A DNA stretch of 64,000 bases from NCBI GenBank assembly GCA_030704615.1, contig CM060734.1, positions 51,832,001 to 51,896,000 of the forward strand, in the 5' to 3' direction. Positions within the stretch are counted from its first letter, which is position 1. The number at the start of each line of letters is the position of its first letter. Both the position numbers and the translations under genes were made by a program. The stretch is from Takakia lepidozioides. Its lineage: Eukaryota; Plantae; Bryophyta. The notes below the pieces were generated by a model, which saw only the letters and a program-made list of their open reading frames with translations, was not told the origin of the DNA and did no database searches. Of the stretch, positions 25,296-38,057 are shown one piece after another.

Positions 25296-28200
25296 TTATA
25301 CATCGGTTGGCGTAAAGAAGCGTTGGAACATGCGCTCCTCCTTGCAATGGCTGATTAGCACTTTGTAGACCTCTATTAACAAACGTGGAAATCGAGCAGA
25401 GAAGTAACTCTCATACCCTTCTGGCACAGGGCCCAGCAACTCCTGCCACCAGAGACCAAGATATCCCACTGTTACATGTTACCTTTACTGATAAGCACAT
25501 AGAGACAAGCACATCCAACAGATGGCCTAGTGGTTAGGGCACAAGGCCGCCTTACAAGTGGTCGTTGGTTCACAGAGAGGATGACTCAGAATTGGGTCAA
25601 TCACATTTCCAAATAGGTGTATGTTGGATGTCACCCATCATAGCCAACCCAGCTACAATAGGGGGTACCAGGGTCAACTGGTTACTTAATGTGTGGGTAC
25701 CTGGGGACTTCCGAGTCCTTGGGGGAGGGTTGGGCAACCACGTTGCACTGGTTACGGCTGTTAGAAGGTTTCCCACCTTCAAAACGGAAGGCAGTAGCCC
25801 TTCAGGGTGAAGGGACACCGTAAGTTACGCTTGCTTCGGCAAGAGTCTTCCCTCCTTCTTAGCACATAGAACAACTTTCTCAGAAACGATGACCAGGATA
25901 TTGTGCAAGCAATTGAGGACAATCAGAGTAAAACCAAGAGGAGAGGAACTCCTATGTCCAATCTGCTTATAGCCACTGACATTCCATGCATGGACATTTG
26001 TAAGACCTGCCAACTAGTGCCAAACCCCTGATCTACTCAAGGACAACATTAGCTAGTTTAGCCAGTAGTACCTGCAACTGTGGTGGAAGCTCACGGTAAT
26101 GGTTAGACTTGTTACGGATGAAGCGAAGCAAATCACGCACACTACGATAGTTGTATCGTCGATACTTTCGCAGATTGTCTAACAGTGCCTCATCCACATG
26201 CAAATGCCATTCCCCTCCTAGAGTCACTGATCCTACTGCTTCCAAAGCAGTCAAAAGAACCGAGTTCTCCTCCCTGTCTTCCAGTTCAACCCGATCACTG
26301 GCATCCCGCAAGAATGAGAGCCGCTCTTGAGAGCTCCAAAAGAGAGGATGCAGAGTCACATCATGCGCAAGAGGCCTTTCATTTGCATCCACCCCAAACT
26401 CTGTTGGTCAGTAACACATCTTGGATGTCCTGTTACTGTGCTTGGATTCCATACCGTGCTCTCCCATCTTACACAGGCTACTCCTCCTTCCTAGCCTATT
26501 GCCAGAAAGGGAACAGAATAAACCATGCAAGAACGAGAATAAAAAATGTGCAGACCAGAAGCCATGAACAAGTGGGATAGGGGGGTAGGGTGTGATGGCT
26601 AAATACTGGGAGGCCTTAAATAAGCTAAACGAAAGACGTGCAACTTCAAGTACCAAGAAGAAGCCCTCAACAAAATCAGGCAGTCAATCGAAAAACTCAA
26701 AAGGCATATTTTAAAGAAGGAAGACTCTTGCTGAAGCAAGCGTAACTTATGGAGTCACTTCACCGCGAAGAACTAGGCCTTCTGTTTGGAATGTGGACAC
26801 CTTTTATTGGATGTCAAGTCATATCTACCCTGGACATTTTGGATGGAGAATGTCCTGAGCAAGGGAGGTGAAGTGCACCTCTTGGCAGGTTCACGCTGAA
26901 GTAATCCCTCAATAAGGTGATGAGCCTCAGGCAGATCTGCGATAAGGAACAGTTCCGGTTCTCCATTTACTATGTTGTTATCTCGACGATAGTGCTCACC
27001 AAAGGAATGTTGCCCTCCTGTTATACAGAAGAAAAGCACACAGCCCAGACTGAAAATATCCACCGCCCGTGTTTGTCGCCCCTCCAGCAGCTGCTCTGGG
27101 GCTTGCCACCCTCTACTGCCTGCAGCACCCCTCCCTGCAGAAGCCAGACAATTAATTCTAACTCATGCGGCTTCACCGAGAAATTTTTTCCCCCCCGTAT
27201 AAAACCTGGGCAGGCATCAAGGGTTTCAAATTGTTCTGTGTTCATTATATGGGTTTCATATCTTTCCTTCCGTGTGATACATCAATCCCAGTTGAGTTTG
27301 ACAGGTATTGAAGAAACTCGAAGTAGTATCAGATTACTCTCAATCCTCTCAATCAATCCACTTTAACCCAAACTCACAAAAACATCCAAAAGGAGACTAG
27401 GCATCTGAACAAAAATCAACCTGCTGTTGTACATAAATAATGAAGGAGGAAAGGTCCTACCAGTGTCCTGAAAGGAGGAGGCATCATTTTCAAGGTACTT
27501 GCTAAGGCCCATGTCAGCCAGCTTGGCTTGCACACTCCGGCCAATGCTCACCAGTACATTGTGTGGCTTCAGGTCTCTGTGCACAATCCCCAACAAGTGC
27601 AGATGTGCCAGCCCTACAGCTATGTCCCTGTCCCGACCCTCTCCAACTTTTTAGCATTGTCCAATCCAGCGATGACATCACACTTGGCTTCCCTCCCTTC
27701 CAGCAAATACAACAGAGAAACTAGCGCAGCTGATTGGCGTATGCCATCTGTCCCACTAATAAGACAAAAGTGAAAGGCACGAAAATTTGCTAGGAGGAAA
27801 GTAGAACCTCATCAACTGCAGCAGCTGACGTGAAGGCTGGCCCTTGTCATTCCACAGCTTTACTTCCTTTCCGTTTGCAAGTTTCAGCTTGGAAAACTGC
27901 TTACCCTCCACCTCGTCAATCTTTCCACTCTGACAAGAGCTGACAGCACTTTGAGAGACAATGAGATCGTGAAGACTTAGACTACACCGCTCGAGAGCCA
28001 CGTAGATAAACTCTGAGGTTTCCTCCATGGCATAATATCGGACCACATTCGGATGCTCATCAGAAGCTATAAGAAGATCGATCTCTTTCTGCGCTTTCTC
28101 ATAGTAATGCCCCAAAAGGCGTTTCACAGCCACATTGCGTCCATCCAAGAAACCCTCGAGAACAGTGGTGCCATTGCTGCCAGAACCTATCACAATCTTT

Positions 28201-30815
28201 GTAACAAATAGCCGTCCCACCTGTGTGCCTTCTCCATAACCAGTTGTGTCCAGTAACCGCTTCATTTTGGCTGGATTTTCTAAGCTCTCATCCCTTGCAA
28301 CATCCAACTGTGGCACTTCTCTTCCTTGCAAATCTTTTGCCTTTTGCTTTAGGAGCGCATTCTCTACACTGACAGCCTTCCGTCCTTTCTTCTTCTTTGA
28401 GTTCCCTACTTTCTTATCTATCTCCTTCTCATCTGCCTCCCTTTTCCTCATCCAAAAATATTTTATGGATGAGGTACCCATCCACAGCCCCAACACAACC
28501 ACCCCGACAATGCTTGATACTGCAAGCGCAGAAAGCATAATCACACTTGTCTTTGAAGGCTCAGCTGGATACTCTGGGCCTGGCGCTGGAGGAAAATCCC
28601 TCCGGTGACCAACAGAATCATTGGAAGATGCATCCACTTTGGAAGGTTGCCAGGATCCCTGCTTCACGATGGGTTTCTGCCCAACAGGTACAAGCTCTTT
28701 ATGACTTCCTTGGACTGACTTCTGCCCAATATCCTCTAGTACAGGTACAAGCTCTCTGTGATTTACTTGGACTGGCAAGTGATGAACATGTCCAGCATGT
28801 AACCCTGTGGTCTTTGTTGACACCCCATGGACACTTGGAGGGGCAAGTGTCATCAACCCAGGGGGCAGCCCCTGGAGATGACCAAGAGGGCTCCGCACTT
28901 CTTCTGGTACCAAATTCTTCACAAACTCCCCTGACGACGAATACAATGCGATAGGGGCTGCTCGATATATAGGTCGCTGAGACATCATGTTTGTAGGGGC
29001 TACTCTTTCAATAAGCTTCTCCCCCAGCACCCTCTGCTCGTCATCTGCATTGTCCATGATCAATTTTCCACCCCTGTAGCCAGCCGCCATGATAGGAAGA
29101 GTTTTAATTTCACCCAGACTAACATTCCAAAGCAGTTCACCTGTGGCCATTTCTTGAACAGCCACCGAATAATCTGTGCGCAGACACAGTATCATAGAAT
29201 CCGTATCATTGGAAATACTGCTGGCATCCTTGACCTTTGTAGCCAGCAAAACATCTGTGACATCTGCATTCTTGCCTTTCAATTGAGCAGATGCCTTTAA
29301 GCTATTGCCGGACTTGTCAAATGTGCGGATTAAAGCCCCTGTGTCTCTGTTCAACAGAAAGGCAGTGCTCGTGACAGTACTCAGCACTAGTGCTCCATCC
29401 TCAGTGACATGTGGTGAACTATCAACTAGTTGCTTTACATTGACAGGAAGTTCCTGCAAGAACGAAGAGTCCCTTGATATAGTCAAACCAATCCCTCACC
29501 TATCTCTCTCACTTTTTTACACCCACATGTCCCCCAGCTGCTTCTCTGGAGGATACTCCGTGGGATCATATCTTTCACCTCCAAGCTGCAGATGCCTCAG
29601 AGATATGCTGACTCTGTGAATGTAAGACAGAAGATAAGAGTGTATAGATTTCCATATAGATGCAACACCCTCTTATGTTCTCACAACAACAGACGAAAGA
29701 AACTAGCAAATATGGTCAGGAAATGGGTACCTACAGTTACACCGCTGGCATCTTGAACATACAATTGTCCATCTGGCCCGGGAAATATAGACCACTCTTC
29801 CTCAACCTCTTCCAGTTTGTCTTCCTCCCTGCTGATGTCATCATCCCCTTCCCCTCCAGCTACATCACTCTCATTCGAAAAGTCCACATAGGTTGGTCCT
29901 CTGTGGTCAGAATCATGCCCTTGCTGTAGTCTCTCATTTGCCAAGGTTGCGCGATAGGAGGATGACAAGGCTGGCCCCGACGAGAATGACCATTTCAGCT
30001 CCTGAGAGACAGGATCTATGGCATGCAATTTTCCGTCAAGAGACACCACCATCGCTGGCTCATCTCCTCTGCAGTTTCCACCCCAAACAGGCACCACACT
30101 TAGCTCATCTCCTTCTTTAAGCATTCAGGGATAAGTCTCACTCTTGACCAACAATTTCCTGTGAAGCTATTGTGTTGAGAAAAAGAATGCTGTAATTCCT
30201 CTTTAAACTGCTCAGGATCCATGTCACTAATCATACCCTTGATTCTTTCTTCCCAATCCTTGACACTTGCTATAACGGGCTTCAACAGAATTTTGAATGC
30301 CCTTGAAGTGCACAGTCCATCATTGCCTGCCCGATTCTCTTATTAGTTTCACATCATGAGCATGCTAAAGCCCAAATATCTAAGAAGAATGCAGGTAGGT
30401 TAGTGTAGGTATTGCCAGAGTGACTGAGAAAGACACACAAGTACGCTGAAGGTGCTGGAGTGTCCCTTCTCTTGCAGTGGAATGAGTCTGTAATTGATTG
30501 TCTAATGTCAGCACACAATCCCGTACTTATATATCACAGAAAGGGATGAGCGATGAAACGAAAGAGAGGCAGAGATGTATGACTGTGTAGCCAAAACTTC
30601 GTGAATTCTCTGATTGCATTCGAGAAGATGACTTACGTAGGGATTGTGGAGGCTGGAAGCGGGATTCTTTCCCTTGTTTCAGCAGGCCAGGCAGGAGAGG
30701 CAGCTTCCGCAAAGGATCCTCGAATGAACGCCACCACAGACAGCATCAGGAACAGCCCAATACAAAACATGCTTCTGCAACGAGTCCAAAAGTACAACCC
30801 ATTGCGCTCGGCCAT
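25296..30815 (-). CDS. IRE1: IRE1 ER-stress sensor kinase/endoribonuclease, 7 coding exons
   Basis: Approximate exons 30815-30637, 30070-29735, 29453-27808, 27628-27463, 27137-26879, 26378-26071 and 25442-25296. Signal peptide; lumenal VVSLDGKLHAID..LKWSFSSG; transmembrane helix; kinase IGSGSNGTTV, VAVKR, HRDLKPHN, DMG, GWQAPE; KEN domain DLLRFIRNKSNHYREL..|ELLGPVPEGYESYFSARFPRLLIEVY. Confidence 0.95.
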
Positions 30816-31399
30816 TTGAACCTTCAATCTCGACAATGCAGAGAAGAGCGGGCAGCAAGACTGCCCCAGCGAGAAAGCCCAACTCCTGGAATGACGGAAT
30901 GAGTAAGGGAGAGAGATCGACAGACAAGAAATAGCAGAGAAGGCAGCACCGGAGTCCCCCCACCTGTGAGAAACCCAATACCTTGGTGGCGTGCCTAAAG
31001 GCTTGATTCAGAGGAGGAGCCGTGAAAAGCTGAGAAGAGAGCCAGACATAAAGCAACTGTAGGTGGTGAAGGCACGAGACATCAGGGGACTAAAGCAAGA
31101 CGAGATCGATGAGGGAGATGAATGCCAGGAAAGGCACTAGTCAACCCTCGGAAGGATATATTGTTTCTGCAACTCTTTTCTTTTGTTAGGGAAGTGCTCG
31201 GCCGGCAAGCTCCAGGAAACCCTCGTCTCCTGTCGTTCTTGTCAGCAGCAAGCAGTAGAGATATTTACTCGTACATTCACAGTGTCTCTCTAAGTACTTG
31301 TGATGTGATTTTATTTTTATTTTCATTTTTGGCCTACATCTTTTTTGTTTTTTTTTGGCCTCCAGAGTCTCCCTCTCATTTTTGAATAATTGGGAGTTT

Positions 31400-32891
31400 A
31401 TGTTTCACGTGTGGGACGCACAGTGAGACTTCCCATCATAGACAGAGGAACATCTGGATTTCCAGATGTTCCATAAAGTGTGAGCACGAAGGGCTGCCCA
31501 GAGAGAACAGTGGCTCCAGATAACGAGAGAGGAAACATTCAAAAGCAGAAGAGAAGGAAGAATGGAGTTGTCGGGATTCCAGGTAGAATAGAAATGAAGA
31601 ACCATCCTCCAGACCAGGGAGGGAGCTTGCAAAGTAGAAGACAATGCTCATGAATCGTTTCAGATGACCCGTTGTGATAGCATGAATAGATCCCCAAGTC
31701 ATCTGAGATGAACCGAAAGACAGGGAGAATTCTGTTTGCTACTTTCCAAAGAAAGGCAAAGATTTTCGCCGCTCTATCTTTCCTCCAGCTATCTGCCCAA
31801 ATACCCTTCCAAGGCATCCTGAGCGATGTGGCTTGCGGTTTGGAGGGAAGGAGCAGAGGGAGAAGGGATCCGTTGAGTAATTAAATCCCTGCAAGATGAA
31901 GACCGCCTAGAAAAGAAGGAGGTGGTGGCACCCGAGGGATCCAAAAATTGGCCAGAGTCCCAAATATGGGAGAAGTGTGAAATCCCAACGGATTCCCACG
32001 CAGCCCACTTGCTAGAGCTTTTGATGAGTAACTCAGAGTCAGTATTGTAGTTAAGGAACAGAGGCTGGTGCAAAGCTTCTTCAGCCAGCGCAGCGAGGTA
32101 GGCCACTAGCCCAACGCAGGAGCAGCAGATAGAACATGCTGCCTTACTAAGATACTCCACGAGCTGAGCAGATCTGTGAGCAATCTAGGGACCCATTTCT
32201 TTGTCGGATGTGATTCAGGCAGTTGGATGGGATGATCATTTGGTTGCTATGCTTTCTCTTTCATTTCTTTATGTTAACTCTTCCCTTGCTATAGGGACTT
32301 TCCATCCTTCGTACAATTACCTCATGTGAGTTTGTAAATAAAGCTTTACAGGGTTTCAACATTTTTCCAAAAGAGCAATTATTTGGGTTTCAGCTGGGTC
32401 CACGATACTTAGGCCCCCATGTTTTTTACCTTGAATGATCTGAGACCACGCAACGAGAGCTCTTCTCTTCGGAGATGATGGAGTTGCCTCCCAAAGGAAG
32501 TTTCGAACCAAAGCCTTAATCTACTTAATAATCTCTGAACCAGCTGACCGGACGGACGCGATGAACCAAATAGATGCCAAGATAACCTGATTTACTGCCT
32601 TTACTGCTAACGCCCTACCAGCAATGGATAAGTGAAGGGAGCTCCACTAGATGAGCTTCTTTCGCAGCTTAGAAATCATTGTTGCACAACGTTGATCATG
32701 ATCAGAAATGTCGTGTCCTATGAGATGGCCAAGCAAGGTGTGTGCCTGATCGTCATGTAGCCATGAAAGGCCAAGGTCCTCACCCCACGGGTCAGAATGT
32801 GACATGGTGGAGTGAGGGTTCAATTTGAAAAAGATTGCGACAGACTTAGACCAATTGACTCGAAGCCCAGAGGCCTCACAGAAGGATTGGA
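31400..32891 (-). mobile_element. LINE (L1-like) ORF2 3' part with zf-RVT
   Basis: LQSFCEASGLRVNWSKS; LSIAGRALAV; WKGIW..KIFAFLWKVANRILP; ETIHEHCLLLC. Directly abuts the DNMT-gypsy at 32892. Confidence 0.8.
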
Positions 32892-33790
32892 GTGTTGCAA
32901 GCTGGGATTAAAGTACAAAAGTACTTGTATGTGGAGAAGGATGAGATAGCTTGGCGTATTTCTATGCGCCACGTTGCCTTGCTCACCCACAAGTACCCTG
33001 AGTTGCTGCCTCTCTCAGCAATTCAAGGGTACCAAAAGGCCTTGCCAACAGACATTACCATGCTGGGGGCGGATGATTTGGACCGGCATGGTGCCATTGA
33101 CTTGGTGATAGCTAGATGGCCTTGCCAAGGACACTCTCCCGCAGGTCATGGGAATGACTTGCATGATGCACGATCGCATTTGTTTTGGGAGATGTTGAGA
33201 GTGTTGCGTGACTTGTAGACGAGGCAAGTGCAATCTCTAGCCTATATCTTGGAGAATGTTTATCTTATGGGGGACTCTCGGGCCAGGGTTATGGCCAGTG
33301 TGCATCAGGTGCGGTCTTGGATTGGATCGGCGGTGCTATTGGATGCAGCAGCGGTGGGATCACGCGCGCATCGACCTCGATTGTGGTGGACCAATCTTGC
33401 ACCACCAGAGCTACTCAAGAGAGCATATGATTCCATTCAACGGCCATCCAATCTCACGGTTGAGGGCATTTTGGACCAAGGGAGGCACTGTCCACCTCTA
33501 GCAGTGGTCAATCGACTGGGGCAGCCACGTACAGCCTTGCCTACGCTCATGAGCTTTCCCTCGTGTCATGCTTTTCGAGACAATGGTCCTGGGTTGATTT
33601 GGGATAGTGTGCTACAACAATTGGTGGAGCCCAATGCGGATGAGCGCGAGCGGGCAATGGGGTTTGCCACGGGCACTACAGCTGTACCAGCTCTGTCAGA
33701 GGCATTACGACGCCAGGTGTTGGGTCAGGCAATGGATCTCAATTGCTTGACATGGGTCATTGGCTTGTGCATGGCTGAGCAACGGAGATT
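32892..33790 (+). pseudogene. Retrotransposon-encoded C5-cytosine DNA methyltransferase domain (DNMT3-like)
   Basis: Motifs II-X in canonical order: YVEKD, DIT, DLVIARWPCQGHS (IV), SHLFWE, YILENV (VI), AHRPRLWWTN (VIII), ERERAMGF (IX), QVLGQAMD (X). One in-frame TAG at 33216-33218; motif I lost by truncation. Confidence 0.88.
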
Positions 33791-36700
33791 GCAAACATTG
33801 ATGGCTACTTCTACACTCCCATTGGATGGTGCATCCTCCCTGCCAACCGGGACGGTTGAGGCAGTGAGTGGGGGCGAGCACAAGATCGTGGGTTGCAAAC
33901 ACCCATGGCAAATGTGGGATGAGATGCGCAAAGAGAGAGTCATTGGATCTCTCAAGCAACAGTATAAGGAGTGGGGAGAGCCATGGACTGAGGATCAGTT
34001 GGAGGCCAAGGTAGCCAAGGTTTTTGAAGATGTTGAGAATGTTTCTTGCTCAGAGGATGTTCTCAAGGTGGCTATGGCGGAGCAAGTGGAGGCTACGCCA
34101 CAGTCAGATTGGGCGGACAAGGCCTAAGAGGTTGCTATCTAGCAACCAAAGGATTCGTCTCCTACCTCCAAGCCTGGTATACCCAAGGTTGCAGTCACTG
34201 AGGACAATTGGGAACCAGATGTTGGACCTACAGTCACCGGAGGAGAGAGACAGAGGATCCAGCGATTTATAAGGGCTTATAGAAATTGCTTTGCCTTCGG
34301 TTTGAAGGATTTGGGGAGTTTGAAGGGTCAGGAGATTCGTATTGATTTGGCAAGTGACACGCCAATCTTTCGAAGGCCCTACCGGTATAGTGACATGGAG
34401 AGGTTATTGATCCAGTCACGGACTATGGAGTTGTTTCGAAGCTGGATTGGTGGAGTTGTCAGGCGGGGAGTATGCCTCGGCAACGGTGAGCTAAGAAGGA
34501 TATCTATGGCAATTGGACAGAAAGAAGGATGTGTGGGGACTATCGTCCTGTGAACCGTCAGACTAAGTCCGATAGATATACCATGCCAACTCCAGAGAAG
34601 ATCTTTGATGTCATTGGGCATGCAAAGGTGTTTAGCACATTGGACTTGCGATCCAGTTACCACCAGTTGCCAATCAAAGAGGCTGACAAGCAAAAGATGG
34701 CATTCTGGGGGATTGACCAACATGGAAAGGATTGCTTGTACCAATGGCGGTTCTTACCGTTTGGGCTGAAGAATGCTCCTACAGAGTTTCAGAGGGTCAT
34801 GGATAGGATTCTCGCGGGGCTAGACTTCGCCCGGTGCTACATTGATAACATCATCGTCATTAGTGCTACGGTTGAGGAGCATGAGAGACACTTTCAGGTG
34901 GTGTTTGAGCGCTTGAGAGCGCACGGGTTGAAATTGCACCCTGGGAAGTGCAAGTTCTTCCACAACCAGATTGAGTTTCTGGGCCACATGATATACCCTA
35001 GAAGATTGGGTGTTCTAAAGACGAAGGTGGAGGCCATTGCACGCATTCCACGCTTAGCAGAGTTTGTGCTTTCATGGGGTTGACAAACTATTATCGACGG
35101 TTTGTCAAGGGATTTAGCAGCATTGCAAAGGCTCTTACCAAGTTTGACCAAGGTAGGTCAGGAGTGGCAGTGGGAGGAGGAACATGAAGAAGCCTTTGAA
35201 GAACTCAAGGCTCGATTGACTTCTGCACCTATTTTGAGGCGGCCTATTCGGGGGCGGTCTTTCCAGCTACATACGGATTGGAGTATGCTGGGGATTGGAG
35301 CAGTGCCCACACAGGTGAATGATGAGGGAAGAGAGTTCATAGTGGCATATGCTAGCCGCTCAAACAATGATGCCGAGGCGAAGTATAGCTCATATGAAGG
35401 GCGGTATGGGCAGTGACACATTTCAGATGCTACCTCTATGACAACCTCTTCACCCTTGTCACACAGATCACCAACCATTGAAGTGGTTGATGAAGTCAGA
35501 CAAGCTTACAGGGAAGCTTCCATGGTGGGCACTTATTCTTCAAGAGTACGACTTCCAGGTGGTGCATCGAGCCGGTATAGTTAATCGGGATGCAGATGGG
35601 TTGAGTCGTAATCCATGCACGAGCGAGCATGATGATACTGGAGCTCGGTGGCATGGTGAGACGGGTGAGGAGATGGTGCCAAGATGGCACGCATCTACTT
35701 TTTTGTGCATCCTAGCAATGGGAGCTGAAGCTGGTCCATCCCATAACATTGGTCAAGTAGATGGTGTGCATGACGATCCGGAGATCAGTGAGGAGCTTGG
35801 TGGTGCTAAGGATGTGCATGAAGATGCAGCAGTGTTGGCATACCTTCGTACATGAGAGACAGCAGTCAGTGTGACTGCTAAGGAGAGAGATCGGATCCTA
35901 CAACGAGCCAAGAGGTTCAAGTGGGAGGGGACTCACCTACTCCGAGTATGGGAGGATGGACGAGTGAGGATTGTGCCTCATCCAACACAACGAGTGTGAT
36001 TGGTACGCCATGCCCATGAGGAGTTGAGACATTTTGGGGTGCGGCGCACTCATAGTTTGCTGCAAGGGCAGTATTGGTGGCGGGGCATGCACATGGATGT
36101 GCAACAGTTAGTGACAAGGTGCATGGTGTGTGATAGAGTACGGGCTTCTTTCAACGCCCCTACTCCACAATTGCATCCTTTACCCATTATGAGTTTGGGC
36201 TATCGTTGGAGTCTTGACTTCGCAAGCCCATTGCCACTAACGATTCGCCATAACAAGTATGTGCTGGTGATGGTGGAACACTTCTCCAAATGGATTGAAC
36301 TGGTGGCATTGCCTGACAAGGCTAGTGAGGGGGCTGCGTATGCATTCTTAGATCGAGTGCTTAGCCATTTTGGTGCTCCAGCCGAGGTACTCACGGACCA
36401 GGGGAGAGAATTCTTGGGGGAGTTTCAGGCTTTGTGTGAGCAAGCCTTGATAGATCACCGCACTACTTCTCGGGATCATCCCAAGGCTGATGGCTTGGCG
36501 GAGAGAGTTGTTCAGACAGTCAAGAGAGGTTTGCGCAAGTACGGTTTGCAGAATGGACACCTATGAGATTGGGACCTTCAACTGCCTTGGCTAACTATGG
36601 GCTATAGGTTCAGGAAACAAACTTCACTTGCCTCATTCTCACCTTACTTTCTTATCTTCGGCCGAGAGCCGGATTTGCCTGCATCTATTCGCAGGGAGGC

Positions 36701-37109
36701 TGCAATAGTTCTCAACCTTGATGATCCGGATGTGTGGATACAAGTATGTGCCCAGCGGGCAGAGTTGTTCAAGAGAGTCATGCCTATGGCTTTTGAGAAC
36801 CTTGCTGTTGCCCAACACCAAGACACATTGAGGTACGCCACTATACGTGGAGGGGGATATCGGCCAAGTGTTCGGCGTTTCCACCCTGGGGACTATGTAT
36901 ATCTGCAGCAGACAGCGCCTACGACCTTGGATGTCACAGCAGGACGTGTGATTCTAAGGGTCAGGGAGGTGTTGCCTTCAGGAGTGTTGATTCTGGAAGG
37001 TCGAGACGGCATGGTATGGAAGGACCATGTGCGCAATTGTGCGCCATGTCACCTTCCACATGGGGATGGGAGGATAGATCCCAACCTTGCAGTGGTACCT
37101 ACAAGATTG

Positions 37110-37250
37110 CGTTGCATGCTATGTGGGCATGCTGGTGACGTCGCAACCATGTTGGTGTGTGACAAATGCTCAAGGGGGTGGCACATGGGATGCTTGACAC
37201 CGCCACTTGATGAGGTCCCTATTGGAGAATGGTTGTGTCCACGATGCCTT
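37110..37250 (+). other. PHD finger at the integrase C-terminus
   Basis: C4HC3 pattern CMLC..MLVCDKCSRGWHMGCLTPPLDEVPIGEWLCPRC, in frame with the integrase tail (ORF 36597-37262). Confidence 0.92.
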
Positions 37251-37519
37251 GGACAGAGGTAGTGGGCATGACAATGGTGAAGCGGAAAAATGATCCAAGG
37301 TCTAGCTAGTGGGGCTTCAATGTCATGGATACTCAACTGAAGATCATGGATTGCATGAAAGCGACTAACGATGGGGCTACGTTTGCACCCGGCCTCTTGA
37401 TCTATCGACTTCAGGTATTGGGACTTGTGCAATTGAAGACCAAACGATGATCTTATTGAGATGAATACTTGTCAGCTATCCGGTGTTAGAGGGACCTAAG
37501 CACCAGCTAGGGGGACGAT

Positions 37520-38057
37520 TGTGGCATAGCTTTCTAGGATTGTGTGCTTAGAATGTATGGTGGACAGCAATGTATGTTGTGGCACGATGCTTAGGTGCAC
37601 GACAGCTGTCATGGTTTTAGTCATGGTTAACTAGAATTACCTACTTCTAGTTAACTAGGATATTTTGGATATTCATATTTGTATTTTGTGTGTTGGAACT
37701 TCATTTGGTCTCACATGCCAAGTGAGGTGTCAAACCTCACTTGGGACATGGGGATGGGTTTTCCCCTTGTGAGCGTTGAGGAGGGCTCATCTTCTTGTAG
37801 TTGAGCCTCCATGAGTCTCTCCCACCTCCATAGCTCTAGGTATTGAGTGGGAGTGTGGTGAGGGCTTTGTAGGGTGGATTCCTTTAGCAAAGGTGCCCTT
37901 GGCTTGACTTAGTTTATGTGATTGAGTGGATTCATGAGTGGAGTATTTCCCTTGTGTTCACTTTCATTATCATTGTGGCATAGCTTTCTAGGATGTATGC
38001 TTAGAATGTATGGTGGACAACGATGTATGTTGTGGCACGATGCTTAGGTGCACGACA
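37520..38057 (+). repeat. 3' LTR with ~85-bp direct repeats at both ends
   Basis: TG start immediately after the PPT and CA end; 37520-37604 is nearly identical to 37974-38057. Confidence 0.7.

Larger units (their letters stand above)
32892..38057 (+). mobile_element. 5'-truncated Ty3/gypsy retrotransposon encoding C5-DNA methyltransferase, RT, RNase H, integrase and PHD finger, with 3' LTR
   Basis: RT MCGDYRPVN..YIDNIIV; RNase H LHTDWS; integrase HEELRHFG..C..C, SLDF, TDQGREF, GLAERVV; PHD finger; PPT TAGGGGGACGAT; LTR-like region 37520-38057. Confidence 0.92.

Noticed and set aside
26033-26071. IRE1 ending at the read-through stop with a truncated RNase domain
   Set aside because: A proper final exon (ELLGPVPEGY...TDV*) is present at 25442-25296.
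32892-34127. Host DRM/DNMT3 gene
   Set aside because: Intronless, in frame with gypsy RT, no UBA domains and not circularly permuted like DRM.
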